From Candidatus Hodarchaeota archaeon (GTDB lineage Archaea; Asgardarchaeota; Lokiarchaeia; Sigyniarchaeales; SOKP01): 64,000 nt of DNA. The DNA lies in contig JBHLKM010000013.1 in the NCBI GenBank assembly GCA_048886685.1, forward strand, positions 64,001 through 128,000. The letters run 5' to 3'. The position numbers and the translations under genes are program-made. The notes below the pieces were generated by a model. The model made no database searches, was not told the DNA's origin, and was given only the letters and a program-made list of their open reading frames with translations. Below are positions 28,865 through 39,785 of the stretch, one piece after another. The first letter of the stretch is position 1, and each line of letters opens with the position of its first letter.

Positions 28865-31800
28865 TTATTTTTCTTTCCTTTTCTCGGCTTCCTTAATCAT
28901 CCGTTTTAAATTATCTACTTCTTCTCTCTCTTTCGCCATTTGTAACTTTTCTTGGAATTCTTGTCTTTTATTTTCTTTTAACTTTAATTCTTCAATAAGT
29001 TCTTCTTTGATTTTTATCATGTCTCCCATCATACGTCTAAATTCTTTTGCCTCATACTTTATCTCCTCCCTTTTCTGGGTATCTGCAATTTCCTGTTGTT
29101 TTCTCCTTTCTTCAATTAGATTAATAACTTCATTAGCAAGGGTACTAACTTCTCCGATAGTTTCTTTTAATTGCGCTTCCTCTGCTTTTCTGCGGCTTTC
29201 TTCAGAGGTTCTCTGCTTATCTAGTTGTTCTTGAATGCTTTGAATTTTTAATTCTTCACTTTCAACTCTTTTTTCGAGTTCTTTTGTATTTCTTATTTCA
29301 GTTTCAATATATTTTGTTTCTTCAAGCCAACCAATTTCTTTAAACTTTTCTTTTGCAGTCTCAAAATTCTGATAAGCTCTCTCAAAGTCATGATATGCTG
29401 CCCACTTTTTGCCCTCATCTATTAATTTTAATCCCTTGTCTCTAATTTCTTCCATTCGACGTTTACTCAGGATTAATTCTCTATATTGCCTTTCCTGTTC
29501 TCTCTTTAGCTTTTCTTGTTCTATTCTTCTTGCTTTAATTTCCTTTTGAAAAACTTCATACTCTTTTTGCCTTTGAATAAGAGTTTGTTCTTCTAAACGC
29601 TTCTTTTCTTGAAAACTAACTTGTTCTTGTTGTAGATCTTTGATTAATGCATTTAGATTATTTATTTCAGGTTCCCATCCAATATTATCTGCTAAAAGAT
29701 TCCTAGCTTCAATATACAATGATATAGCTTTAGTATAGTCAGGACTTAATTGTTTCAAATATTTCCCAGCTTCATCTAACATGGAATATGCTGATTCTCT
29801 TATACTAGCTTGTTCTTGGACGATTCTTTCTCTTTCCTGAAGTGCTAACAATTGAGCTTTTTTCTTTTCCCTTTCTTGTCCTTGTCTTTCTTCAATAAGT
29901 AACTGTAAATCTTTTTCTTCTTGAATTTTTTCTATTTCTCTCTGAAATTGAAATTCTTGCATTTCTTCTTTTTGTTTCATTAGCTGTTGTACTTTTGTTA
30001 CCATGCCTTTAATGGAATCTGTGGGGAAATGCAACTCATTTAATATTAATTCTGCTTTTCTATAACTTTCGATAGCTTTATCATATTCAAAATTCTTTAG
30101 TAATTCCTCAGCAGCATCTAATATCTTGAATGCATCTTGTTTTGTTAATTCAAGTTTCTCTTTCAATTTTTCCATTTCTTCAAGTTGAACTTGCTTTGTT
30201 TGTAATCGCCCTGATTCTTTTTTAAACTCATCAGCGATATTGCGTTGGAATTCCCATTCTTCTTTTTCCTTTTGGATACTTGATTCTAGCTCCTTCTGTT
30301 TTTGTATTTGATGTTGTTTTTTCTTCTCTTGAACTTTTTGGATCATTTCGCGAATTACTTCGGTTGGAAAGGCTATTTCATTTAAAATAATTTCAGCAGA
30401 GTGATAAGATTCAAGTGATTTATCATATTGAGCTTGATTCATATAGATTTCTGCTTCTTCAAGGAGGTTAAAAGCTTCTTCTTTTCTTCTTTCCATGTAT
30501 TCATAAGACTCTCGTTGCTTTTCAAGCTTTTTCTGTTTAGATTTCATTTTTATCTCATTTATTTTTACATTTTCAGCGATTTTTCTCTGAAATTGAATTT
30601 CCTCTCTCTCTTTTTGTAAATTTATCTCTAAATCTTTCTGTTTCGACATAATCTCTTCTCTACTTTTTGATTGAATTTTATTTATCATTTCCTTAATTGC
30701 TCCAGTAGGAAATCCGATTTCGTATAAAATTAATTCTGCTTGACGATATTTTTCAATTGCTTTTTCATATTGCCTTGTATTTAAAGCTTTTTGAGCATTC
30801 TCTATTAATTGAAATGCATCTGACTTCTTTCTTTCAAAAATTGTTAGTAAATCCTCACGCTTTTGGATTTGGACTTTTTTTTCTCTTAATCTATTATTTT
30901 CACTCTGTATTAATTCATAAACCTTCCTCTGGAATTTTTCTTCCTCTTCTTTTTGGTTAAGTAATAATTGTTGCTTAGCTTTTTCACTTAATTCTAATTT
31001 TCTTTTCCTGATCTTAATAGTCTTGATAGTATCATTTAACAATTTTAAATAGGACTCAGTCCAACCAATTTCGGTTAAAATATTAATAGCTTCGTTGTAC
31101 TTGTTTAAAGCATCTTCAAAACTACTTTGTTTAAGAAATACTTCAGCATCCTCAATAATCTTAAATGCTTCTTGTTGCTTAATTAGATTTTGCGCAGACA
31201 TTTTTCTTTGCATTTCTATTGACTTTAATTCTTTCATAGCTATTTCTTTTTCAAGTTCTTTATGTAGATTGATTTGTTCTATAAATGAATAATTAGCCTT
31301 TTCTTCTTCAATTGCTTTTTCTAATTCTCTTTGTTGAATGATTATCTCTTTTCTTTTTCTCTTCTGGATATCATTTATAGCCTCTTGAATTATAGGTATT
31401 TCATCAACCCATTGTATTTGGGCAAATATATTAGTTACCTCATTATATAATCTGAGTGCATTATCATAATTACCTTGTGAAAGATGTACTTGAGCTTCAT
31501 CTAATAATTTGAATGCGAGGTTCTTTTTTTCTTCGCGAAAAGCAAGTTCTTCTTCTTGCTTTCTGAGTTTAATTTCTCTTTGTTTTAATCGTTCTTGCTG
31601 AGTAGAAATTTCAAGTGCAATTTGAGCTTGAAAAGCCTTTTCAAGTTTTTCTTTTTCCAAAAGTTCTTCTAAATCTTTCTGTTTCTTTAATTCTGCTTCG
31701 CGCTTTTTATCTTCAACAGCTCTAATTGAATTCTGAATTAATTTTATTTCATCATCCCAATGAATTTCTTTAAAGATTTTTAATGCCTCTTGATATAACA

Positions 31801-34800
31801 CAATTGCTTTATCAAATTCTCCTGTGCCAATTTTGGTTTGTGCTTCTTCTAATAAATGAAATGCTTTTTCTTCCATTTTTTCAGTTTTTACTCTAATTTC
31901 TTCCTGTTTTTTTAGTTCCTCTTGCTTTTCCCTCATTTTTTCCTTTTCGATTCTTACTTTTTCAGAAATCTGCTGTTGAAACCTTAGATCCTCCTGTTCT
32001 TTCCTAAAGCTTAATTCTAATTCTTTCAGTCTATTCAATTCTTCTTCTCTTCTTCTTTCTTGAATCTTTTGAATCATTTCTCTAATTAATTCAGACGGAT
32101 AACCAATTTCATTTAATATTAATTCAGCTTGTCTATATTTTTCTATAGATTTATTATATTGACCTTGGTTTAATGAATTTTCTGCTTCATCCATTATAGT
32201 AAAAGCCTCTGCCTTACGAATTTCTATGATATTTAACATTTCTTCACGTTTTTGGAGCTGGATTTGTTTTTCTTTAATTCGATTTTGTTCTGTTTTCAAA
32301 TATTCTGAAATTTTATTTTGAAATTCTTCTTCTTCTTGTTGATGTTTTAATTTTAATTCAAATTCAATTTGCTTTGATGTTTCGTCTTCTACTTTTTTAT
32401 TTTGTATTGTAATAATTGTATCATCCAATAATTTCAAATAATCTATCCCCCAACCAATAACTTTTAAAATCTCTCTCGCATTTTGATAATTTTTTATAGC
32501 TTCATCATATTTATAAACCTGAACTAAATTTTCTCCATCCTCCATTAGATCAAATGCTTCTTCTTGTTTAGCCAAATTTTGTGCTGATAACGATTTTTGT
32601 TTCTCTTTAAATTCTAAATCTCTAAGAGCTTCTTGTTTTTCTCTTTCTCTCTGATATTTTATTTTTTCGATAAAAGCTTTATCATTAACTTCTTTATTGA
32701 TTGATTTTTGCAATTGTTTTTGTTTAAAGATTAATTCGTTCCTCCTCTTTTCCTCAATATCTTGGATTGCTTCTTTTAATAGTGGAATTTCATCTTTCCA
32801 TTGAATTTGGGCAAAGATATTTAAAACCTTATAATAAATCTCGAGTACAGAATCATAGTTATTAACAGCAACTAATTTTTGCGCCTCATCTAGCAATATA
32901 AATGCTTCTTCTTTCTTCTTTTCACGATATACGATTTCTTTTTCATGCTCTCTAATAACTATTTCTTCTTTCTTTAGTCTTTCTTGACGTGTTTTTATTT
33001 CATTGGTTACTACTTTTTGAAATTCCTTTTCTTGCTTCTCTCTTTCTAACTCTGCTTGTAATCTTATCTGTGCCTGTAATTCAGCTTCCCTTTTTTTATT
33101 CTCAATTTCTATTATTGAAGCTTGAATTAAACTAATTTCATTTTGCCAATGAGCTTCCGCGAAAAAATTTAAGGCATCTTGAAGTATTTCAATAGCTTTG
33201 TCGAAATTTCCCTCAGATACTTCATTTTGTGCTTGTTCAAGTAGTTTAAATCCCGTTTCTCTTCTTTCTTCACGAAACTTTAATTCTTCTTCACGTTCTT
33301 TTAACTCTATTTCTCTTTTCTTAATTTTTTCACGTTCTTGTTTTAAATATTGAGTAATCTGCTTCTGGAATGCTTCTTCTTCTTTCTGTTTTTCTATCGT
33401 TTCTTGCATTCTTATTTGTTTTTGAATTCTCTGGTTTCTTCGTAGCTCCTCAACTTTAAATATCGCATTTTCAATTAGAGGGATCTCATCTTTCCAATGA
33501 ATTTCAGCAAAAATATTAGCCGTAGTTTGATAAGCTAATATCGCATTATCATAATCTCCTTGATTTATATAATTAATTGCAGAATCCAATGATTTAAAAG
33601 CTTCTTTTTTACGTTGCTCCAGATAAATTATTTCTTTTTCTTTATCTTTCAATATAATTTCTTTTTGTTGTAATAGCTTGCGTTCCTTATCTAATTGATC
33701 TGCAATTTGCTTTTGAAATTCCAGTTCTTCTTTTTCTCTTTTTTCTAATTTCTCTTGCATATCATATTTCTTCTTAAGTTGTGAATTCTCTATCTTTTGT
33801 ATATTAGAGATAATATTATTAATGTTTGAAACATAAGTGTTCCATCCAGAACCCAATTTTTCTATGAATTTTAAAGCTTTCTGATATTCGTCTATCGCTT
33901 CCTCATATTTTTTCTTTTGTAAAGTACTATCTGCATTACTCAGTATCTTAAAAAATTCTTTTTCTATTTTTACTTCATGATCTCTTTCTTCTTCAAACTT
34001 TAGTCTTCGTTTTTCTAGTTCCAATGCAGTTTGTTGAATTTCTTCTTCTTGCCTTCTATATATAGAATTTTGTAGAATTTTAAGATCTTTTTCTCTCTTT
34101 TCTTTTAACTGGAATGCTTTTCTTTCTCGTTCCTGCTTTTTTTTTATATCTTCTATTAAAGTAATGATAGGATGGATGTATGAGTCCCATTCTATTGATT
34201 TGAATAATTCAACAGCTAATTCAAACTTTTGTATTGCTTGTTCATAATCTTTCTCCCTATCGAATTTTTTTCCAATATCTATTAAATTAAATGCTTTAGT
34301 TTGAATTTCTTCTTCCCTTCGCTTTTTTTCTTCAAATTCAATCAACTTAGCTTTTTTCAAATCTGATTCTGACTTATCAACAAATTTTTCTCCCACAGTT
34401 TTGCTTAAAATCTCAGTAGATGCTTGTTTTTGTCGATTTTGAAAATCTTCAAATTGTTGCTTATCTTTCCTAAGTTTCTCAATAATAATTTCTATCTTCT
34501 TAGTCTGTTCATCCCAACCTATTGAATTCAATAACTCTATGGCGCTTTCATAATTCATAATTGCGTTATCGAATTTTCTTTCTTTTTCAAATTCTTTAGC
34601 TTTATCTATATGAGCAAATGCGTGATTTTGTGTTTCTTCCTCTTGTTTCTTCCTTGATCTGTAACGGGCTATAGATTCTGCTTTTTCTCTGCTTGATCTT
34701 TCCCCGAATATGCCGACAACTTCAGGTTTTATATCTTCTATTTTTTGTAAATATTCTTCAGGAGGAGACAATTCTTTTTGTTGTCTCTGGTGAATAAATT

Positions 34801-35233
34801 GTTCCTTTTTTAAAATATCAAAAAGGTTTTTTATTTTTAATCTTAAATTTTCTAACTGAGTCTCAGACCAACCAGATTGATTTAATAAGTTAATGGCTGA
34901 AACGTATTGATTGATAGCCTCCTCAAAATAGCCACCAGATTCTAGTGTTTTCGCCCCTTCTAATAAGGCAAAAGCTTGGTTTTGAAGTTGTTCGGCTTGA
35001 GATTTTATTTGAGTCTGTTCAAACAATTTTTCTTGTTTTAAGGAGCTTTTTAATTCCTCTATTCTTTCATATATTTCATTAACTCTATGCATTAAGTATC
35101 CACTTTGTTTTAGATAATCAGCAGCTTTTTGATAATTTGAGATTGCCTGTTCAATATATTTTTCTTCTTCAAAATTTTGCGCAAGTTCTAAAAATTTTAA
35201 AGCTTCTTGAGCTAATTCTTCTGGATTTTGCAT
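28865..35233 (-). CDS. Giant (2122 aa) repeat protein of alternating TPR/MIT-like helical units and coiled coils
   Basis: About 18 copies of AF.LL..A......Y..AI..Y..A..I...I.(W/F/Y) separated by E/K/Q/R-rich helices. Confidence 0.9.
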   Translation of the reverse strand: MQNPEELAQEALKFLELAQNFEEEKYIEQAISNYQKAADYLKQSGYLMHRVNEIYERIEELKSSLKQEKLFEQTQIKSQAEQLQNQAFALLEGAKTLESGGYFEEAINQYVSAINLLNQSGWSETQLENLRLKIKNLFDILKKEQFIHQRQQKELSPPEEYLQKIEDIKPEVVGIFGERSSREKAESIARYRSRKKQEEETQNHAFAHIDKAKEFEKERKFDNAIMNYESAIELLNSIGWDEQTKKIEIIIEKLRKDKQQFEDFQNRQKQASTEILSKTVGEKFVDKSESDLKKAKLIEFEEKKRREEEIQTKAFNLIDIGKKFDREKDYEQAIQKFELAVELFKSIEWDSYIHPIITLIEDIKKKQERERKAFQLKEKREKDLKILQNSIYRRQEEEIQQTALELEKRRLKFEEERDHEVKIEKEFFKILSNADSTLQKKKYEEAIDEYQKALKFIEKLGSGWNTYVSNINNIISNIQKIENSQLKKKYDMQEKLEKREKEELEFQKQIADQLDKERKLLQQKEIILKDKEKEIIYLEQRKKEAFKSLDSAINYINQGDYDNAILAYQTTANIFAEIHWKDEIPLIENAIFKVEELRRNQRIQKQIRMQETIEKQKEEEAFQKQITQYLKQEREKIKKREIELKEREEELKFREERRETGFKLLEQAQNEVSEGNFDKAIEILQDALNFFAEAHWQNEISLIQASIIEIENKKREAELQAQIRLQAELEREKQEKEFQKVVTNEIKTRQERLKKEEIVIREHEKEIVYREKKKEEAFILLDEAQKLVAVNNYDSVLEIYYKVLNIFAQIQWKDEIPLLKEAIQDIEEKRRNELIFKQKQLQKSINKEVNDKAFIEKIKYQREREKQEALRDLEFKEKQKSLSAQNLAKQEEAFDLMEDGENLVQVYKYDEAIKNYQNAREILKVIGWGIDYLKLLDDTIITIQNKKVEDETSKQIEFELKLKHQQEEEEFQNKISEYLKTEQNRIKEKQIQLQKREEMLNIIEIRKAEAFTIMDEAENSLNQGQYNKSIEKYRQAELILNEIGYPSELIREMIQKIQERRREEELNRLKELELSFRKEQEDLRFQQQISEKVRIEKEKMREKQEELKKQEEIRVKTEKMEEKAFHLLEEAQTKIGTGEFDKAIVLYQEALKIFKEIHWDDEIKLIQNSIRAVEDKKREAELKKQKDLEELLEKEKLEKAFQAQIALEISTQQERLKQREIKLRKQEEELAFREEKKNLAFKLLDEAQVHLSQGNYDNALRLYNEVTNIFAQIQWVDEIPIIQEAINDIQKRKRKEIIIQQRELEKAIEEEKANYSFIEQINLHKELEKEIAMKELKSIEMQRKMSAQNLIKQQEAFKIIEDAEVFLKQSSFEDALNKYNEAINILTEIGWTESYLKLLNDTIKTIKIRKRKLELSEKAKQQLLLNQKEEEEKFQRKVYELIQSENNRLREKKVQIQKREDLLTIFERKKSDAFQLIENAQKALNTRQYEKAIEKYRQAELILYEIGFPTGAIKEMINKIQSKSREEIMSKQKDLEINLQKEREEIQFQRKIAENVKINEIKMKSKQKKLEKQRESYEYMERRKEEAFNLLEEAEIYMNQAQYDKSLESYHSAEIILNEIAFPTEVIREMIQKVQEKKKQHQIQKQKELESSIQKEKEEWEFQRNIADEFKKESGRLQTKQVQLEEMEKLKEKLELTKQDAFKILDAAEELLKNFEYDKAIESYRKAELILNELHFPTDSIKGMVTKVQQLMKQKEEMQEFQFQREIEKIQEEKDLQLLIEERQGQEREKKKAQLLALQERERIVQEQASIRESAYSMLDEAGKYLKQLSPDYTKAISLYIEARNLLADNIGWEPEINNLNALIKDLQQEQVSFQEKKRLEEQTLIQRQKEYEVFQKEIKARRIEQEKLKREQERQYRELILSKRRMEEIRDKGLKLIDEGKKWAAYHDFERAYQNFETAKEKFKEIGWLEETKYIETEIRNTKELEKRVESEELKIQSIQEQLDKQRTSEESRRKAEEAQLKETIGEVSTLANEVINLIEERRKQQEIADTQKREEIKYEAKEFRRMMGDMIKIKEELIEELKLKENKRQEFQEKLQMAKEREEVDNLKRMIKEAEKRKEK

Positions 35234-35439
35234 TTTAACAAAACTCCTTTAATCGTAATTTGAAATAAAAAATAACAATTCACTTTCTTACTTTAATTTA
35301 TCCCAACTAAGTAATTAAATTTTTTATATTGTTATAATTATTTTAACTAAATTACTAAATACGTTAATTTTTATCTAATTTACAAGAAGAATGAACACAG
35401 ATTTTAAGAAAAAACATAAATTATTTATAAATATAGAAT

Positions 35440-37398
35440 ATGGATTTAAAAAATAAAAAGATCATTATTGATTTTGAACCTATTTCAAGGAGGGTAATAT
35501 TAACAAGTGATAAAGCACTTTATGATCTACTTTCAGATTTAAGTGTTCCAATTAGATCCATATGTGGTGGTTTAGGTACTTGTGGAAAATGTAAGTTATT
35601 AATTCAAAAAGGTAAAGAATTTTTTAACATACCAACTAGCACTGAAAGAAAATTCTTAGATCTAATAGATCTTGAAAATGGTTGGCGTTTAGCATGTCAA
35701 GCAAAAATAAATAAAAATAAACTTCAATTAATAGAAAAAATTGATGCGCCTCAATTTCGAATATTTTTACCGAATGAGTTAATGTTGGAGGATTTTAATA
35801 TCCTCACTGCCGGTGTCGGAAAGGGAGTAAATTTACTTCCCGCAATTAAGAAATACTATCTTGAGGTTGATCCCGCTTCCTTAGAAAAACCTCAAGCAGA
35901 TTTTGAAAGGATTATTGAGAAGTTAATTTCTTCGAATAAAGAATTTAATAGAAATAATCAATTTAATATCAATTTTGATTTATTAAGCGATTTACCTAAC
36001 ATTTTAAGAGAAAATAACCATAAAATCACTATTGCTTTATGGGATAACAAAACCATAATCGCTTGTGAACCGGGTAATACCGTTGAGGAAAATTTTGGAA
36101 TAGCCTTTGACATAGGAACGACAACTTTAGTCGGTTATTTAATCAATTTAAATAATGGGAAGATTTATGCTTTAGATTCAAGTTTAAACAGCCAAACAGC
36201 ATATGGAGAAGATGTGATCACCAGACTAACTTTTATAAAGAATGATAGAAATAACCTTAAGGTATTGAATTCCTTAGTAATAAAAGACTTAAACGAAATA
36301 CTTTTAAAAACATGTTCTCAAGCTAATATTAATCCATCTCGAGTTTATGAAGCCAGCATTGTTGGTAATTCTGTTATGCATCATATTTTTTTAAGGCTAG
36401 ATCCTACTAATATTGGATTAAGTCCCTTTATTCCTATTATTCAAACGGGATTAAATGTGAGTGCTAAAGATTTGAACCTTCATATTTCTAAAAATGGTAA
36501 TGTGTATACTGCTCCAGTTATATCTGGTTTTGTTGGGGCAGATACCATTGGAGTTATTCTTTCTTCAAATATATGTAAGGAAAGAGACCTCACTTTAGCT
36601 ATTGATATTGGGACTAATGGAGAGATTATAATAGGCAATCGGAAAGTCTTAGCTGTTGGTTCGTGCGCTGCTGGTTCAGCATTAGAAGGTGCTCATATTA
36701 GTGATGGCATGAGGGCTGCTGCTGGCGCAATTGATTCTTTAAAAATTGATCCTGATAATCTAAAGGCGTCTTTTTCGACAATAATGGGTAAAAAACCAAC
36801 AGGGATTTGTGGATCTGGTTTAGTAGATGCGGTTGCAGAGATGTTGAAATCCAAAATTCTTACAAGGAGTGGTAACTTCAATAAAGAACTTGTCAACCAT
36901 GAGAGAATAATTAAAAATGGTAAATTTTTTGAGTTTATTATTGTTAAAAAAGACGAAACTTCTATAGGAAAAGATATTACTATTTCTCAAAATGACATCA
37001 GGCAAATTCAAATGGCAAAAGCCGCATTTTATTCGGGTACAAGAATCATATTACATAACTCGGGTAATAAAGACATAGAAATCAAACAAGTATTTCTAGC
37101 TGGAGCTTTTGGAAATTATATCAAACCTGGAAATGCAAAATTTATCGGAATGATCCCAGATATACCAGATGAAAAAATATATCAGATTGGTAATGCAGCG
37201 GGTATTGGAGCTCAATATTGTTTGTTAAATAAAGAATTAAGAAATAAAGCAAAACAATTGTTAAATAGAATTCAATATATAGAAATAGCAGTTAAAGAAG
37301 AATTTCAAAAAGAATATGCAGAGGCTATGTATTTTCCTCATCTGAATCTCGATTATTTTCCTACATTAAATGAGTATAAGGAAATCCAAAAGAGATAA
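35440..37398 (+). CDS. ASKHA-domain corrinoid reductive activator (RACo, DUF4445) with N-terminal 2Fe-2S
   Basis: CGGLGTCGKC..RLACQ, DIGTTT, YGEDVITR, DIGTNGE, GICGSG, LAGAFG, GNAA. Confidence 0.93.
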   Translation: MDLKNKKIIIDFEPISRRVILTSDKALYDLLSDLSVPIRSICGGLGTCGKCKLLIQKGKEFFNIPTSTERKFLDLIDLENGWRLACQAKINKNKLQLIEKIDAPQFRIFLPNELMLEDFNILTAGVGKGVNLLPAIKKYYLEVDPASLEKPQADFERIIEKLISSNKEFNRNNQFNINFDLLSDLPNILRENNHKITIALWDNKTIIACEPGNTVEENFGIAFDIGTTTLVGYLINLNNGKIYALDSSLNSQTAYGEDVITRLTFIKNDRNNLKVLNSLVIKDLNEILLKTCSQANINPSRVYEASIVGNSVMHHIFLRLDPTNIGLSPFIPIIQTGLNVSAKDLNLHISKNGNVYTAPVISGFVGADTIGVILSSNICKERDLTLAIDIGTNGEIIIGNRKVLAVGSCAAGSALEGAHISDGMRAAAGAIDSLKIDPDNLKASFSTIMGKKPTGICGSGLVDAVAEMLKSKILTRSGNFNKELVNHERIIKNGKFFEFIIVKKDETSIGKDITISQNDIRQIQMAKAAFYSGTRIILHNSGNKDIEIKQVFLAGAFGNYIKPGNAKFIGMIPDIPDEKIYQIGNAAGIGAQYCLLNKELRNKAKQLLNRIQYIEIAVKEEFQKEYAEAMYFPHLNLDYFPTLNEYKEIQKR

Positions 37399-37655
37399 TT
37401 AAGAGTATAAATGTATACAATTTTTTTTAATTTAAATTTTTTAAATGCCACAATAATGTATAAATAAGGATTAGAACGATTATAATTCAAGCTAAATTTA
37501 TATAAAAATATTTAACTTTTTAATATATTAAATCTATAATTTAATTTGTATTAGTAAATTAAATAAATTATTAAATATCATAATTTTATAATTAATTTAT
37601 ATACATAACTAAAAAATATTAAAAATACCAAAATAATCGACGAGAGTGGAGCTTA

Positions 37656-38180
37656 ATGTCAAGTTTTAAACTAAAGGTATTACTCACTGGCGCTGCTGCC
37701 GTTGGAAAAACCTCACTTGTACAAAGATTTATTAAGAATCGTTTTCAAGCTAATTATAAACTGACTGTAGGAGTTGATATTCTTACAAAAGATGTAGAAT
37801 TTAGATCTGGTGAAGTAGCAACGCTTTCTATATGGGATATTGGAGGTCAGCAGCGATTTGAGTTTATACGTAGTACTTTTTACAAAGGAGCTGCGGGTGC
37901 ACTTTTAGTATTTGATTTAACGAGAGAGCAAACATACACAGAAACTAGAAAATGGTTGACGGAGATACGTCAATTTGCGGGAGAGAATATTCCTTTTGTA
38001 TTTATCGGAAATAAAGCAGATTTAATCGAGGATGTTGGATTAGTTATAGATAAAGATGATGCTCGTTCGTTTGCAGAAAACGAAGGGAGTATTTACATTG
38101 AAACATCTGCTAAAACGGGTGTAAATGTTGATGAAGTATTTACTGAATTAACCCGTCGAATTATAGATTCCAGAACTTAG
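37656..38180 (+). CDS. Rab-like small GTPase
   Basis: GAAAVGKT, YKLTVGVD, WDIGGQ.RF, NKAD, ETSAK; no C-terminal prenylation Cys. Confidence 0.95.
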   Translation: MSSFKLKVLLTGAAAVGKTSLVQRFIKNRFQANYKLTVGVDILTKDVEFRSGEVATLSIWDIGGQQRFEFIRSTFYKGAAGALLVFDLTREQTYTETRKWLTEIRQFAGENIPFVFIGNKADLIEDVGLVIDKDDARSFAENEGSIYIETSAKTGVNVDEVFTELTRRIIDSRT

Positions 38181-38268
38181 TAGATATTATTTGTTTTCTT
38201 TTTCTTAATCTGTAATAGTTTTAAGGATATTATATAGGTATTTAAAGTGTATTAAATTCTATTTAGGA

Positions 38269-39672
38269 TTAAAATTCTTCATATAAATCGTCATGAATTA
38301 TTGTAATTGCTTCTGATAATTTTTCTCTATTTATGACAATTGATAAATTTAATTCATCATAGCTCTGAGAAATTGCTTTAACTTTAATGTGTTTTTTATC
38401 TAATGCATTGAATATTTCTGCTTTAGTTTTAGTTTCAAGGATTTTTGATCCTGTTATATTTATTACTGCCACATCATCACTTTTTATATCAAAAAATTCT
38501 GAAAAAGACTTTGAATTGTTTAATGCTTGGATTGCTTTTTCCGAATCTTCTGCACTCACAATAAAAGAAGTGCTTATTTCAGAAGAACTTTGTGCTACTA
38601 AAGATACACTTATTTTATTTTTGCTCATAGTTTTGAAAATTTTTGCTAAAACTCCAGGAACATCAACTAAACTTCCGGAACTTACTGTTATTATTGTTGC
38701 CAACTCAACAGCAGAAATTCCCTTAATCTGTTCTTTATCTGTCCGATCTGAAATTTCAGTAAAATCCTCATCTAAAGGTTTATCAAAATTCCTAATCTCA
38801 AGGGGTATTTTATATCTCTCTATTGCTTCTAAACATTTTGGATGAAGAATTTTAGCTCCAAAATTAGCAATGTGTTTCGCTTCATTGTAATCTAGATTCT
38901 TTATAAGTGAAGATCCAGAGACATATTTTGGATTTATCGCCAATAATCCATCAACATCTTTCCATAATATAACTTTAATATCCTTATCATCCCCAATACT
39001 AAAAAGAGAATGAGCTACTATTGTAGCAGTATAATCTGAACCTCCTCTTCCTAAGGTCGTAATATATCCTATTTTATTTCTTCCAATAAACCCGGTTAAA
39101 CATATTATGGTATCTTTTTTAGGATTCTCTAAAAGAGGGGTTAAAAGATTTTTAATTCGAGAATTTGTTAATTCATACAATGGATAAGCATTATTAAATT
39201 CATCATTTGTAATTATAATTTTATTTGCTGGAATATATACAGAATCTAATCCATTGCTTAGAAGATATTGATTCAAAATATAGGTTGAAAGTATCTCCCC
39301 AAAACTAAGAACAAAATCTCTATAATACGGCTCCAATCCAAATTCTTTTATATCAGCAAAAGCGTCGTCTAACTCACTTAATTTATCGTCAATCCAATCT
39401 TTGGCTTTCATATAATATTCAGAATCTTCTTCAAATATCTGTTCAATTATATCAATATGCCGTTTTTCAATTAAAGAGATAGATTCATCAGTTATTTTAG
39501 TATCTTCTAATTTTTGAGCTGTTTTCAGAAGTAAATCTGTTATCCCGTTTAATGCTGAAATAACATAAATTTTCCTTACATCTTTATAGAGATTAGTAAT
39601 GTTGAGAATCTTTTTAAAAGCCATTTTGTCGGTCAAACATGAACCTCCAAATTTCATAATAATTATCGGCAT
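38269..39672 (-). CDS. lysC: Aspartate kinase
   Basis: MKFGGS, TTLGRGGSDYTA, DVDG, FGAKILHP, two ACT domains. Confidence 0.92.
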   Translation of the reverse strand: MPIIIMKFGGSCLTDKMAFKKILNITNLYKDVRKIYVISALNGITDLLLKTAQKLEDTKITDESISLIEKRHIDIIEQIFEEDSEYYMKAKDWIDDKLSELDDAFADIKEFGLEPYYRDFVLSFGEILSTYILNQYLLSNGLDSVYIPANKIIITNDEFNNAYPLYELTNSRIKNLLTPLLENPKKDTIICLTGFIGRNKIGYITTLGRGGSDYTATIVAHSLFSIGDDKDIKVILWKDVDGLLAINPKYVSGSSLIKNLDYNEAKHIANFGAKILHPKCLEAIERYKIPLEIRNFDKPLDEDFTEISDRTDKEQIKGISAVELATIITVSSGSLVDVPGVLAKIFKTMSKNKISVSLVAQSSSEISTSFIVSAEDSEKAIQALNNSKSFSEFFDIKSDDVAVINITGSKILETKTKAEIFNALDKKHIKVKAISQSYDELNLSIVINREKLSEAITIIHDDLYEEF

Positions 39673-39785
39673 ATATTTTTAACACCTCTGTTTAAACTGT
39701 AATTCTTGTACACTTATATTTTTTTCAAATCCTGCTATGAACTTTTAAAGAAAGAGTAAAAATTTAGAATTAATTTTTATATCAT

